Below, one piece after another: positions 25,000-37,849 of a stretch of DNA of 64,000 nucleotides. Origin of the DNA: Octopus sinensis (Eukaryota); NCBI RefSeq assembly GCF_006345805.1, contig NC_043000.1, forward strand, positions 15,438,001 to 15,502,000. The letters are read 5' to 3'. The notes beneath the pieces were generated by a model, which was not told the DNA's origin, did not search any database, and saw nothing but the letters and a program-made list of their open reading frames with translations. A program made the translations under genes and the position numbers. How positions within the stretch are numbered: the first letter of the stretch is position 1; each line of letters opens with the position of its first letter.

Positions 25000-26880
25000 T
25001 CACTGTAGTTATCACTGGCATCAATAGTTGAAATATATAAACTGGGGAAGGTATGAATGATGATGATGCTGAGAGAGTTGAAAGATATGGAAATCATGCA
25101 TAATCCACCAGATGTGAAAATGGCCAGGAAGTGGAAAGTAGAAGCAGAGACTGATGACATCCTGTCTTCTCTTACACACTGAGATATGGTGGGTGCAATG
25201 CAATTCATCAGAAGGGATTTGGTTTTGGCTTAGATCGGTTCAGACCGTTGGCAAGTATGATGCGACAGGTGAGCTGGCAGAAATGTTAGCATGCTGGGCG
25301 AAATGCCTGGCGGTACTTCATCTGCCGTTACGTTCTGAGTTCAAATTCTGCCGAGGTCTTTCTTTGCCTTTCATCCTTTTGGGGTCGATTAAATAAGTAC
25401 CAGTTATGAATTGGGGTCGATGTAATCAACTTAATTCCTTTGTCTGTTCTTGTTTGTCCCCTCTATGTTTAGCCCCCTGTGGGTAATAAAGAAATAAGTA
25501 TGATGCAACAGCATCAAAATGAGGGAAGCAGAGAGAAGAGAGCTTCATCTGATCCAATGCATTCAACAAGGACAGATGACGAGATGGGAGGAACATGTTG
25601 GGATGAGATTTGGAGATGGACCACATCTCAGCTAAGATTTCTGATTCGTTCATCCATGCATGTCTTGCCTACGAATCTAGTAAGATGGAATGTTTCAGAG
25701 AATGATATATTCAAATGCGGAAAGGTCGGAACTCTGAAACATATTCTTTCCAACTGTTCCCTAGCATCGAACAGGTATACCTGGAGACACAACCTTGTCC
25801 TTAAAGTTATCTTCAATACTATAAAGAACCAAATTGATCTCAACAACAGTGAAAAAAATCCATTAACCCCTTACCCAACAGTTATTTTGAAAATAAATGT
25901 ATTTTTTCAGACATATTTTTAATTGTTTTATTTTACTATGTTTTGAATGGTGATTTCGAGGTATATTTCAAACCTTATTTATTATGAATTTTAATTCAAT
26001 AATATTGATTTTAAATTACCGCTTTGGGCAGAAACGAGTTAACCCGTTTTTTTCATAAATCATATTACTTTTACAAAAACTCATGTTATTTTATTTGGTT
26101 ATCTTATTTTCCAAATTTAGAATGAATGATCAAAACATGATTGTTTACTTCTGTTGATTTTATTACTTCAAAACTGTTAGTAATGACAAAAAAGAGAGAC
26201 AAAATAATGAATTTTTTTTTCCATGGCAATCCATGTATGCTCATTTTTTTCATTCTCAAAATATAATACTATATTGGTAAAAAAAAACAATGTAAAAACA
26301 AAGTGAATACTTCTATTCATAAAATGTGCCTTCCAACCCTTCGACTGTCTCCAGGTGACTAAATCATACTTGGTCTTCAATGCCTTACTCAAGCGAAAAG
26401 TGGCAGAAATCGTCACTGCCAGACGTATAAAGTGAGCGAATATACTCGTATATGTCAAAAAAGAGTTTATAATAGACAAAGGAACTCGTTTGCTGTCGAT
26501 TTTGGCGAGTCTATCTTTTGACGAGTTAACTCGCCAGAGATAGAAAAAAACGATTTCGGTCAAAACGCATATATTCGTTTCTGCCGGGTAAGGGGTTAAA
26601 AGTACCAACAATAAATTTCATTACCTTTGTACGCTCAGGACAGTGGATCTGTTTCAAGAAGAAAGACAATAAACTTCCTATGAGCAATGAAAAGTGGAAC
26701 GGCTATTGGGAGGTGACTGCAGATTTACCAGGGTGCCAGGGACTCTTTCCCATCCCAGTTATGAAAAAAATGGACATTTTAATGTGGTGTGAAAGAAAGA
26801 AAGTTGTGAATCTAGTTGAGTTATTGGTTCCTCATGAAGATAATGTGGACACCACTCAGGCTCAAAAGATTAACTTCATA
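25000..26880 (+). mobile_element. HERO-like restriction-endonuclease (RLE) LINE remnant
   Basis: CGKVGTLKHILSNC...RYTWRHNLVL Zn-knuckle region (25479-25922) and DILMWCERKKVVNLVELLVPHEDN PD-(D/E)xK-like region (26680-26883); interrupted by a SINE and a MITE. Confidence 0.65.
25867..26595. mobile_element. piggyBac-like non-autonomous element inserted in the HERO-like LINE
   Basis: TIR ccccttaccc / gggtaagggg, TTAA at 25863-25866 and 26596-26599. Confidence 0.7.
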
Positions 26881-27619
26881 TAATAGTTTATTATACATGC
26901 CAGTGCCGCCTTGGGTGACCGATGCCAGCGCCGCCTTGGCTGGCTTCCGTGCCGGTGGCACGTTAAAAGCACCAACCGATCATGGCCGATGCCGGACTCC
27001 CCTGGCACCTGTGCAGGTGGCACGTAAAAAGCACCCACTACACTCGCAGAGTGGTTGGCGTTAGGAAGGGCATCCGGCTGTAGAAACACTGCCAGATCAG
27101 ACTGGAGCCTGGTGCAGCCCCTGGCTCCCCAGACCCCGGTCGAACCGTCCAACCCGTGCTAGCGTGGAAAACGGACGTTAAACGATGATGATGATGAAAA
27201 GTAACAGTTTTGAAATCCTTGTCCTACATAACATAACCAGTTATCCAATACATGAAACATCGTATTTAATGGCATATAAGATACATTTTTTTTCCAAACA
27301 ACAAAAATGCCTCAAAATTCACCCCAGGTCCTATATGTTTATTTACTTTAAATGTTGGTTTCAGATTTCGGCACAATGCCAGCAGTTTTTGAAGGAGGGG
27401 GCTAAGTCAGTTAAATGAGCCTCAGTGTTCAACTGGTACTTATTTTATTGACCCCGAAAGGATGCAAGGCAAAGTTGACTCCTGCAGCATTTGAACACAA
27501 GATGTAAAGACAGGTGAAATGCTGCTAAGCATTTTGCCTGATGTGTAAACGATTCTGCTGGTAGACAGACAATTTGTTGACAGACATTTGGCCGACAGAC
27601 AACTTTCAGACAGGACGAT

Positions 27620-27725
27620 TGTGTGATATGGTGCAGAGTCCTGTTGCCAGACACAGGGTGTTCCAGCAGCCACCTTCTTGACCCAGGGCAGCACAACCTC
27701 CTCCAAGCACTTGAATGTAGGCCTT
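27620..27725 (-). mobile_element. Tc1/mariner (maT-like) transposase fragment
   Basis: LEEVVLPWVKKVAAGTPCVWQQDSAPYHT. Related fragments at about 13230-13320 (WPPNS-like) and 30960-31150 (NPPKSMVKL HTH-like). Confidence 0.6.
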
Positions 27726-28993
27726 GTGTTGAGTTTGAGACTGTGTGGGAATTGTCTGTCAGTGACTTGTCTGTCAACGAATTTTCAGCACATGGATCCT
27801 CCCAGCTTGCTGCCTGATAATTACTTTTCGTTACCAACCCGGCTGAAACCGGCTCTGGCTCTGAGTACAAATGTCTTGTTTTCATAAGTTTTGAATTAAA
27901 TCTTCCACCAAACCTTAGTCACAATTTATGTTCCTAACACTAGCTGAATGATAACCGAGTTATTTTACGAAATTCTTTGTTATATTTAAAGTAATTGAAA
28001 GAAACACAGAGCATCCCAAAATAAATACAGTAACGAAAGGGTTAAATATTACAAGCTTTAGTACACTAAAACCAATTTTTCCTGAATAAGGGCTGCTGAA
28101 ATTGCGGCGTGTGTTTAATATGCCTGTCTGTCTTTTATTTCCATGTAGTGTAAATAGAATGAGTTTGAGATCAGGAGGGATGTTGTGTCCTTGAGCAAGA
28201 CACTTTATTTCATGTTGCTTCAGTTCACTCATCTGACAAAAACGAGCAGTACCCGGACTTCAAAGGGCCAGCTTTGTCACATTCTTTGTCATGCTGAATC
28301 TCCCTGAGAACTATGTTAAGGGTTATATGCATCTGTGGAAGGCGGTGAGCTGGCAGAATCATTAGCACGCCAGGCAAAATACATAGTGGTATTTCGTCTG
28401 TCGGCGAGCTGGTAGAAACGTTAGCACGCCGGGCGAAATGCGTAGCGGTATTTCGTCTGCGTTACGTTGTGAGTTCAAATTCCGCCGAGGTCGACTTTGC
28501 CTTTCATCCTTTCGGGGTCGATAAATTAAGTACCAGTTATGCACTGGGGTCGATGTAATCGACTTAATACCTATGTCTGTCCTTGTTTGTCCCCTCTGTG
28601 TTTAGCCCCTTGTGGGTAATAAAGAAACAGGTATTTCGTCTGTCGCTACGTTCTGAGTTCAAATTCCACCGAGATGGACTTTTCCTTTCATCCTTTCGGG
28701 GTCGATTAAATAAGTACCAGTTACACACTGGGGTCGATATAATCGACTTAATTCGTTTGTCTGTCCTTGTTTGTCCCCTCTGTGTGTAGCCCCTTGTGGG
28801 CAGTAAAGAAATATATGCACTTGTGGAATGCTCATCCACCTGCACATTAATTTCGTGAACAGGTTGCCCCATTGATTGAACCAATTGGAACACTTGTCGT
28901 TTTAATTGACAGTGTGCCAGTGTAAACAGAAAATGTTGGTGAGATGAAATAAAAAAGAAAAATCAGGAAACTGAATTGCAGAAAATCAATGTT

Positions 28994-29079
28994 TCATTCC
29001 ACTAACAGTATTCCATATAAGACTAGATGAATAAGAATAGACACCAACTCATTCTGCTGGTTCCTGTTCTGGCTGGGAG
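28994..29079 (-). CDS. Candidate alternative terminal exon with GPI-signal-like tail: APSQNRNQQNELVSILIHLVLYGILLVE*
   Basis: Phase-1 acceptor gtgttaacag|CT directly after a ~490-nt TG-rich tract; polar spacer, then hydrophobic run and stop; in phase with the donor at 29918. Confidence 0.55.
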
Positions 29080-29084
29080 CTGTT

Positions 29085-29093
29085 AACACACGT

Positions 29094-29143
<50 letters not shown>

Positions 29144-29580
29144 ACACACATACACACATGCACACACACACACATACACGGACACCTGCACATGCACACA
29201 CACACCACACACACACACACATACACATGCACACACACACATACACGGACACCTGCACATGCACACACACACACACATACACGGACACATGCACACACAC
29301 ATACACAGATACATGCACACACATACACGGACACATGCACACACACACATGCACACACACAACACACACACACACACATACACACACACATACACACACA
29401 CATACACACACACATACACACACACATACACGGACACATGCACACACACACATGCACACACACACACACACACATACACGGACACATGCACACACACATA
29501 CACAGATACATGCACACACATACACGGACACATGCACACACACACATGCACACACACACACACACACACGCACGCACAAG
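29085..29580. repeat. Compound (CA)n-rich microsatellite with a CATACACGGACA sub-repeat
   Basis: Seen directly in the sequence. Confidence 0.95.
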
Positions 29581-29917
29581 CAGACAGGAGAAGAGGTGCC
29601 AACTTTGGGTTGCAGTTAATGTAGGCGATGCATTTGAACAATGAGAGAGAGTAATGTCTCTCTCCCAATGGTCAAAAATTAAAAAAATAAATAAATAAAC
29701 AAGTGGTACAAAATTGTGAATGGTCTAAAAGTCTATCAAGTTGTATGAGAGCTACTACAAATTGTACTATAATTAGGGCTGCAAGCACAAGAACACTCCA
29801 TGCATTGGATGCAATAGATGAAGTTTTACGCAAAGATCTCTTAAACAAATAGTAGTTTGAGACATCAACCATTGAATGTTTAGAAATTAAGCAAAGCACA
29901 TCTTTTTCTGTCCTTAC

Positions 29918-30082
29918 CATTCAGTTTCTTCACATCTGCCATTGACTGGCCATTGCAGAGGTCTGTGTCACAGAAACACCATTCCTGGGGCTTCATCCAT
30001 GCCGGGACTTGTTCCTGGCAACCAAGGTAGTCAGAAACAATGGAGCTAAACATCCACCAATCAGCACATCCACGTGAAATCA
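29918..30082 (-). CDS. LU domain 1, second-half exon: MISRGCADWWMFSSIVSDYLGCQEQVPAWMKPQEWCFCDTDLCNGQSMADVKKLN
   Basis: Acceptor atgtttcag|TG, donor AATG|gtaagg, 165 nt, phase 1-1; RGC...WCFC-x4-CN is the C-terminal LU signature; in phase with 39475-39609. Confidence 0.9.
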
Positions 30083-32149
30083 CTGAAACATAATGGAATT
30101 CTTAGTTGCAATTACTATAACAATTTTCTTCTGTATGAGTTTGTGTATGTGTGCATTTGTGTGTGTGTGTGTGTATGCACAAATGCGTATGTGTATGCGT
30201 ATGCATGTGTGTGCATGTGTGTATATGTACAGGTATGTGTGTGTACTTCTGTATATGTTTGTCAATAACTAGGTTTATATACAGGGTGTAACAGATAAAT
30301 TGGGAAGAGTTTCAAATGGGTATATTTCTAATTCTCTCTCTTTTACTCTTTTACTTGTTTCAGTCATTTGACTGCGGCCATGCTGGAGCACCGCCTTTAG
30401 TCAAACAAATCAACCCCGGGACTTATTCTTTGTAAGCCCAGTACTTATTCTATCGGTCTCTTTTGCCGAACCGCTAAGTAACGGGGACGTAAACACACCA
30501 GCATCGGTTGTCAAGCAAAGCTAGGGGGACAAACACACACACACATACACACATATATATATATACATATATACGACAGGCTTCTTTCAGTTTCCGTCTA
30601 CCAAATCCACTCACAAGGCATTGATCGGCCCGGGGCTATAGCAGAAGACACTTGCCCAAGATGCCACGCAGTGGGACTGAACCCGGAACCATGTGGTTGG
30701 TTAGCAAGCTACTTACCACACAGCCACTCTTGTGCCTAATTGTATAGATTTTGTTGAAGTCAAAATTTTAAATATTACCAGCTTGAATAATCACTTGTAA
30801 TATTTCTATTTCTGATCGAACAAATCGTGAACGTTAATAAAGAACTAAACCATAGAAGTGTGATTGCTGAATTATTCCATACCAGCAAAGGTGCTGGGGA
30901 GATTGTTAGAACCACAAAGTATAACCCAAATTTATTACTTTTAGAGTTGTAACCAGCTTGCAGAAAAGTCAGGATGTTTGGAGAAAGCCTCAAAGTCCTC
31001 AAAGTAACCCAAAACACACATCTTGCTTCTTAGCAGGACTTAAAAGGTCAATTGAGTCCAACCCACCAAAATCGATGGTGAAGTTAATTCAAGATCAAGG
31101 AATCAGTGAAACGACTTTTTCTAGGGCCCTTTCAGGATTGATGAAATAAATACCAGTTAAGCACTGGGGTCAACTGAATTGACTAGCCCCATCTCCTCAA
31201 CTAAAAAAATTTCAGGTCCTGTGCCTATAGTAGTAAGTACTACTACTACTACTGCTACTACTTGGCAGAATTTTTAGCATGCTGGGCGAAATGCTTAGCA
31301 GTATTATTCCACCTATTGCTACATTCTGAGTTCAAATTCCACCAAGGTCTTTCATCCTTTCAGCAGGGATAAATTAAGTACCAGTGAAACACTGGGGTTG
31401 ATGTAACCGACTAGTCCCCTCCCCCCAAATTTCAGGCCTTGTGCCTTTAGTAGAAAGGATTATTATTATTATTATTACAAAGGTGGCAAACTGGCAGAAT
31501 CGTTAGCAAACCAGGCAAAATGCTTAACAGTATTTCCTCTGGCGGCGAGCTGGCAGAAACGTTAGCACGTCGGGCAAAATGCATAGCCATATTTTGTCTG
31601 CCATTACATTCTGAGTTGAAATTCCGCCGAGGTCGACTTTGCCTTTCATCCTTTCGGGGTCGATTAAATAAGTACCAGTTATGCACTGGGGTCGATATAA
31701 TCGACTTAATCTGTTTGTCTGTCCTTGTTTGTCCTCTCTATGTTTAGCCCCTTGTGGGTAGTAAAGAAATAGGTATTTCCTCTGTCTTTATTTTCTGAGT
31801 TCCAATTCCATCGAGGTCAGCTTTGCTTTTTGTCCTTTCAAAGTTGATAAATTAAGTACCAGTGAAACACTGGGATCAATGTAATTGACTAATCCCCTCC
31901 CCCAAAGTTTCAGGCCTTGTACTTTTATTAGAAAGGATTATTATTATTTTTAATGTCAAGACATGAAGAAAACACTGCAAGTGTGTGGTGTCAACTGTCT
32001 GAATTGACCATGACACAGATTTGTCATGTGAAAGTCATTATTGCGAAAGTCATGGATATATATCAAATATGAATCATATATCAGAAAATCACATGTGTCT
32101 GTGTGAGGAAAGAGAGAAGAGGAGAGAGGGAATATGATATGTGTGTGGG

Positions 32150-32291
32150 AGTGGGATAGAGTGTGCTTGTGTATGAAAGAGAGAGATATAGAGATAGATA
32201 GATAGAGAGAGAGAGAGATATATATAGAGATAGATAGATAGATAGAGAGAGAGATATAGAGATAGATAGATAGAGAGAGAGAGATATATAG

Positions 32292-32322
<31 letters not shown>

Positions 32323-32472
32323 TATAGAGATAGATAGATAGAGAGAGAGAGATATAGAGATAGATAGATAGAGAGAGAGAGATATAGAGATAGATAGAGA
32401 GAGAGTAAAAGTGCATGTGTGTGTGAGTGTGTGTGTGTGAGAGAGAGAGAGTAAAAGTGCATGTGTGTGTGA

Positions 32473-32506
<34 letters not shown>

Positions 32507-32616
32507 ATGTGTGGGGAGGTAGTGAGTGTGTGTGAAAGAGATAGATAGAGAGAGAGAGAGAGTGAGAGAGAGAGAGAAAGACTGCATGTGTGTGTGAGTG
32601 TGTGTGTGTGTGTGTG

Positions 32617-32647
<31 letters not shown>

Positions 32648-32780
32648 TGCATGTGTTTGTGAGTGTGTGTGTGAGAGAGAGAGGGAGAGTGTGTGTGCGT
32701 GTATGAAAGAGAGATAGAGTGTGCATGTGTTTGTGTATGAGAGAGAGAGAGAGTGAGAAAGGGTGTGTTTATGTGTGAAT
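32150..32780. repeat. Compound (GA)n/(GATA)n/(GT)n microsatellite
   Basis: Seen directly in the sequence. Confidence 0.95.
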
Positions 32781-33152
32781 GTGTGCTTTTTCAGAAACAA
32801 AGAAGAAAAATGAATGAGTGAGAGGAGTGAGAAAAAGAGAATGTAATGGAAAGCTAGAGAGAATGTGTGAGAAATGTGACTGAAGAGAGTAAGAAGGTAA
32901 CAAGAGAAAGAGAGGGAGAGAGAGAGAACAAGGAGTAAAAGAACCGACCCAGCAATGAATTGAGTGAAAGATAGACAGACTACAATAGATACAATGTATT
33001 ATGAAGCCAGACAAATCTCAGACAACATTCAGGGAGAAAATGTAATGTCGAGGCAATTGTGTACGAGCATATTTAATGGATGGAGCATTTAAAAAGTGAA
33101 TAATAAAACAATATACAAGAATACAAGGAAAAATATTGAGTCAATGAATAGT

Positions 33153-33538
33153 GGAAGCACTCCGTCGGTCATGACAACGAGGGTTCCGATTGATCCGAAT
33201 CAACGGAACAGCCTGCTCGTGAAATTAACGTGTAAGTGGCTGAGCACTCCACAGACACGTGTACCCTTAACGTAGTTCTCGGGGATATTCAGCGTGATAC
33301 AGAGTGTGACAAGGCCGGCCCTTTGAAATACAGGTACAACAGAAACAGGAAGTAAGAGTGAGAGAAAGTTGTGGTGAAAGAGCACAGCAGGGATCACCAC
33401 CATCCCCTGCTGGAGCCTCGTGGAGCTTTTAGATGTTTTCGCTCAATAAACACTCACAATGCCCGGTCTGGGAATCAAAACCGCGATCCTATGACCGCGA
33501 GTCCGCTGCCCTAACCACTGGGCCATTGCGCCTCCACT
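33153..33538 (-). mobile_element. tRNA-derived SINE, family D, with 29-bp target-site duplication
   Basis: TSD caaggaaaaatattgagtcaatgaatagt at 33124-33152 and 33539-33567. Confidence 0.85.
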
Positions 33539-34124
33539 CAAGGAAAAATATTGAGTCAATGAATAGTAATTGTGGCTTGAATGCTGCAGCAGAGGATCAC
33601 ATGACATTCTTTAAGCCAAGTCAACTGGCAGGAAAACTAAGGAAAGACCAAGAGTGAGAGATGGTCAAGTAATATCCGACTGGACTTCATTTCAAACCCC
33701 CAAAAGATGCACAGGACTTCAATTCGAACTCTTAACCCCTTAACATTTAAACTGGCCAGATCTAGCCTCTCACACTTACACTACAATATTATTTGACAAA
33801 TCAACAATCAGATCATTGAAGCCTCACCATCCGAACGTGGCTGATGCCAGTGCCGCCTGACTGGCGTCTGTGTCGGTGATATATACATAGGTATGTATGT
33901 ATGTATGTATGTATACTCTTTTACTCTTTTACTTGTTTCAGTCATTTGACTGCAGCCATGCTGGAGCACCGCCTTTAGTCGAGCAAATCGACCCCGGGAC
34001 TTATTCTTTGTAAGCCCAGTACTTATTCTATTGGTCTCTTTTGCCGAACTGCTAAGTGACAGGGACGTAAACACACCAGCATCGGTTGTCAAGCAATGCT
34101 AGGGGGACAAACACAGACACACAA

Positions 34125-34160
<36 letters not shown>

Positions 34161-34404
34161 ATATATACGACAGGCTTCTTTCAGTTTCCGTCTACCAAAT
34201 CCACTCACAAGGCATTGGTCGGCCCGGGGCTATAGCAGAAGACACTTGCCCAAGATGCCACGCAGTGGGACTGAACCCGGAACCATGTGGCTGGTTAGCA
34301 AGCTACTTACCACACAGCCACTCCTGTATATTTTGTTAGAAGATGCTGAGTCAATGTTCTTTACTTTGCAGACTTTCTTTGATTTGTGGGATTGATGTAG
34401 GGAT

Positions 34405-35880
34405 GTCTCAGTATTCTTTTATTCTTTTATTTGTTTCAGTCATTTGACTGTGGCTATGCTGGAGCACTGCCTTTAGTCAAAGAAATTTACCCCAGGACTC
34501 ATTCTTTGTAAGCCTAGTGCTTATTTTATCAGCCTCTTTTTGCCAAACTACCAAGTAACAGTAATTTATAGGCTCCAGGGAAGATGAAGGCAAGGAGAAA
34601 CCAGGTGCCTGAACTAAATGCAAGTGAGGGAATTCCGCAAAATGAACCCAAGGAGTAGATAGATGCATTAAATCAAGCAGTATTTTTAGATCTACCACTT
34701 TAATCTTGAGTATCATAACCATAGTGTATCCTTATCATAACTTATGTAGCAGGAAATGAATCATTAATTAGTCATAATAAAAATATAGATATAAAACACA
34801 GGCATTGGATGTATGGGTGCATGCATAGATGTGTGGTTAAGAAGCTTGCTTCCCAACCAGATGGTCTTAAGTTCAGTCCCACTGTATGGCAACTTGGGTA
34901 AGTGCATTCAACAATGGCTTTAGTCTGATCAAAGCCTTTGAGAGGATAAGGATTTTGTAGATAGAAATAGAAGCTGAATGAAGCCTGTCATATATATATA
35001 TATACATATATATCTGTGTGTGTGTACATATATATTTTTTTACATATATATATAATATAAATATTTTCAAATATTTATTCATTTAGTACACACACACACA
35101 CACACACACACGCACATATACACATATATATACTCCCTTTTACTTGTTTCATCATTTGATGTGGTCATGCTGGAGCACTGCCTTTAGTCAAAGAAATTTA
35201 CCCCAGGACTCATTCTTTGTAAGCCTAGTGCTTATTTTATCAGCCTCTTTTTGCCAAACTACCAAGTTACAGTAATTATAGGCTCCAGGGAAGATGAAGG
35301 CAAGGAGAACCAGGTGCCTGAACTAAATGCAAGTGAGGGAATTCCGCAAAATGACCCAAGGAGTAGATAGATGCATTAAATCAAGCAGTATTTTTAGATC
35401 TACCACTTTAATCTGAGTATCATAACCATAGTGTATCCTTATCATAACTTATGTAGCAGGAAATGAATCATTAATTAGTCATAATAAAAATATAGATATA
35501 AAACACAGGCATTGGATGTATGGGTGCATGCATAGATGTGTGGTTAAGAAGCTTGCTTCCCAACCAGATGGTCTTAAGTTCAGTCCCACTGTATGGCAAC
35601 TTGGGTAAGTGCATTCAACAATGGCTTTAGTCTGATCAAAGCCTTTGAGAGGATAAGGATTTTGTAGATAGAAATAGAAGCTGAATGAAGCCTGTCATAT
35701 ATATATATATACATATATATCTGTGTGTGTGTACATATATATTTTTTTACATATATATATAATATAAATATTTTCAAATATTTATTCATTTAGTACACAC
35801 ACACACACACACACACATGCACATATACACATATATATACTCCCTTTTACTTGTTTCAGTCATTTGATTGTGGTCATGCT
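34405..35880. repeat. Tandem duplication, period about 707 bp
   Basis: Identical ORFs at 34873-35082 and 35580-35789. Confidence 0.9.
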
Positions 35881-36088
35881 GGAGCACCGCCTTTGGTCGA
35901 GCAAATTGACCCCAGGACTTATTCTTCGTAAGCCTAGTACTTATTCTATCGGTCTCTTTTGCTGAACTGGTAAGTTACAGGGACATAAACACACCAGCAT
36001 TAGTTATCAAGCAATGTTGGGGGGATAAACAGACACACAAACATGTACACACACATACATATATATAATATGTATACATATATATATA

Positions 36089-36124
<36 letters not shown>

Positions 36125-36135
<11 letters not shown>

Positions 36136-36546
36136 TACGACAGGCTTCTTTCAGTTTCCGTCTACCAAATCCACTCACAAGACATTGGTCGGCCCTAGGC
36201 TATAGTAGAAGACACTTGCCAAGGTGCCACACAGTGGGACTGAACCCGGGACGATGTGGTTCGTAAGCAAGCTACTTACCACACAGCCACTCCTACGCTA
36301 TATATATATATATTGCGTAGGCGGCGAGCTGGCAGAAATGTTAGCACGCCGGGCGAATTTCATAGCCGTATTTCGTCTGTCATTGCGTTCCGAGTTCAAA
36401 TTCCGCCAAGGTCGACTTTGCCTTTCATCCTTTCGGGTCGATAAATTAAGTACCAATTACGCACTGGGGGCAATGTAATCGACTTAATCCCTTTGTCTGT
36501 CCTTGTTTGTCCCCTCTATGTTTAGCCCCTTGTGGGTAGTAAAGAA

Positions 36547-36586
<40 letters not shown>

Positions 36587-36997
36587 TACGACAGGCTTCT
36601 TTCAGTTTCCGTCTACCAAATCCACTCACAAGACATTGGTCGGCCCTAGGCTATAGTAGAAGACACTTGCCCAAGGTGCCACACAGTGGGACTGAACCCG
36701 GGACGATGTGGTTCGTAAGCAAGCTACTTACCACACAGCCACTCCTACGCTATATATATATATATTGCGTAGGCGGCGAGCTGGCAGAAATGTTAGCACG
36801 CCGGGCGAATTTCATAGCCGTATTTCGTCTGTCATTGCGTTCCGAGTTCAAATTCCGCCAAGGTCGACTTTGCCTTTCATCCTTTCGGGGTCGATAAATT
36901 AAGTACCAATTACGCACTGGGGGCAATGTAATCGACTTAATCCCTTTGTCTGTCCTTGTTTGTCCCCTCTATGTTTAGCCCCTTGTGGGTAGTAAAG

Positions 36998-37005
<8 letters not shown>
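36125..37005. repeat. Tandem duplication, period about 452 bp (SINE A head plus SINE B)
   Basis: ORFs at 36256 and 36708 are identical until a 1-bp indel. Confidence 0.9.
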
Positions 37006-37032
<27 letters not shown>

Positions 37033-37849
37033 AGTGTGTTTGTGCATGTATATATCATCATCATCATCATCATTTAACGTCCGCTTTCCATGCTAGCATG
37101 GGTTGGACAAATATATATATATATATATATATGTAAGTTTGTGTATGTGTTTGTGTGCGCCATTATCTAGACATCACATGATGCTTGTCAATGACCACCA
37201 CTGCCATTCAAGCATGGAAAAGAGAACGTTAAATAATACTGACGATATTTGTTGGAGTAAAAACTATATGAGGCTGTTACTGCTCTGGAAATTTAATGAA
37301 TTATTTCAAATATGTATGCTAGTATCGACACATTTGAAATAGGATCTTGTAGCGACCTAGCAAATCTACTATCTGTTATCTTTTATTTTGTAATTGTTTT
37401 AGTCATTAGACTGTAGCCATGCTGGAGCACCACTTTGGAGAATTTTAGTCAAATGAATTGACTCCAGTACTTACATTTTTTTATAAGCGCAGTACATATT
37501 CTATCAGTCTCTTTTACGAAACCATTAAGTTATGGGGACATAAGCACATCAAAACTTGTTGTCAAGTAGTGATGGGGGAAAACACACACACACCAGGGCA
37601 CACACACACACACACCAGGGCACACACATACACACAAGCACACACACACAGACACACACACACACGCACATGTATAGGCACAGGCTTGGTTGTGTGGTAA
37701 GAAGCTTGCTTCTCAACTACATGGTTCTGGGTTCAGTCCCACTGCATGACACCTTGGGCAAGTGTCTTCTACTAAAGCCTTGGGCTGACCAAAGCCTTCT
37801 AAGTTGATTTGGTAGACAGAAACTGAAAGAAGCCTGTCATATATATATA

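Noticed and set aside
26625-26648. 24-nt segment with good minus-strand AG/GT sites
   Set aside because: Has a stop in the required phase 1 and lies inside the HERO-like remnant.
28994-29668. Long Cys/Val or His/Thr ORFs (also 31956-32800, 20226-20540, 47144-47932, 49575-49952, 58820-59255)
   Set aside because: These are translations of (CA)n, (GA)n, (TA)n and (CATA)n microsatellites; only the last 86 nt of the 28994 ORF is retained as a candidate exon.
29672-29778. Alternative phase-1 terminal exon ALIIVQFVVALIQLDRLLDHSQFCTTCLFIYFFNF*
   Set aside because: The acceptor is plausible, but the hydrophobic run follows LU1 without a spacer and fits a GPI signal less well than 28994-29079. Not excluded.
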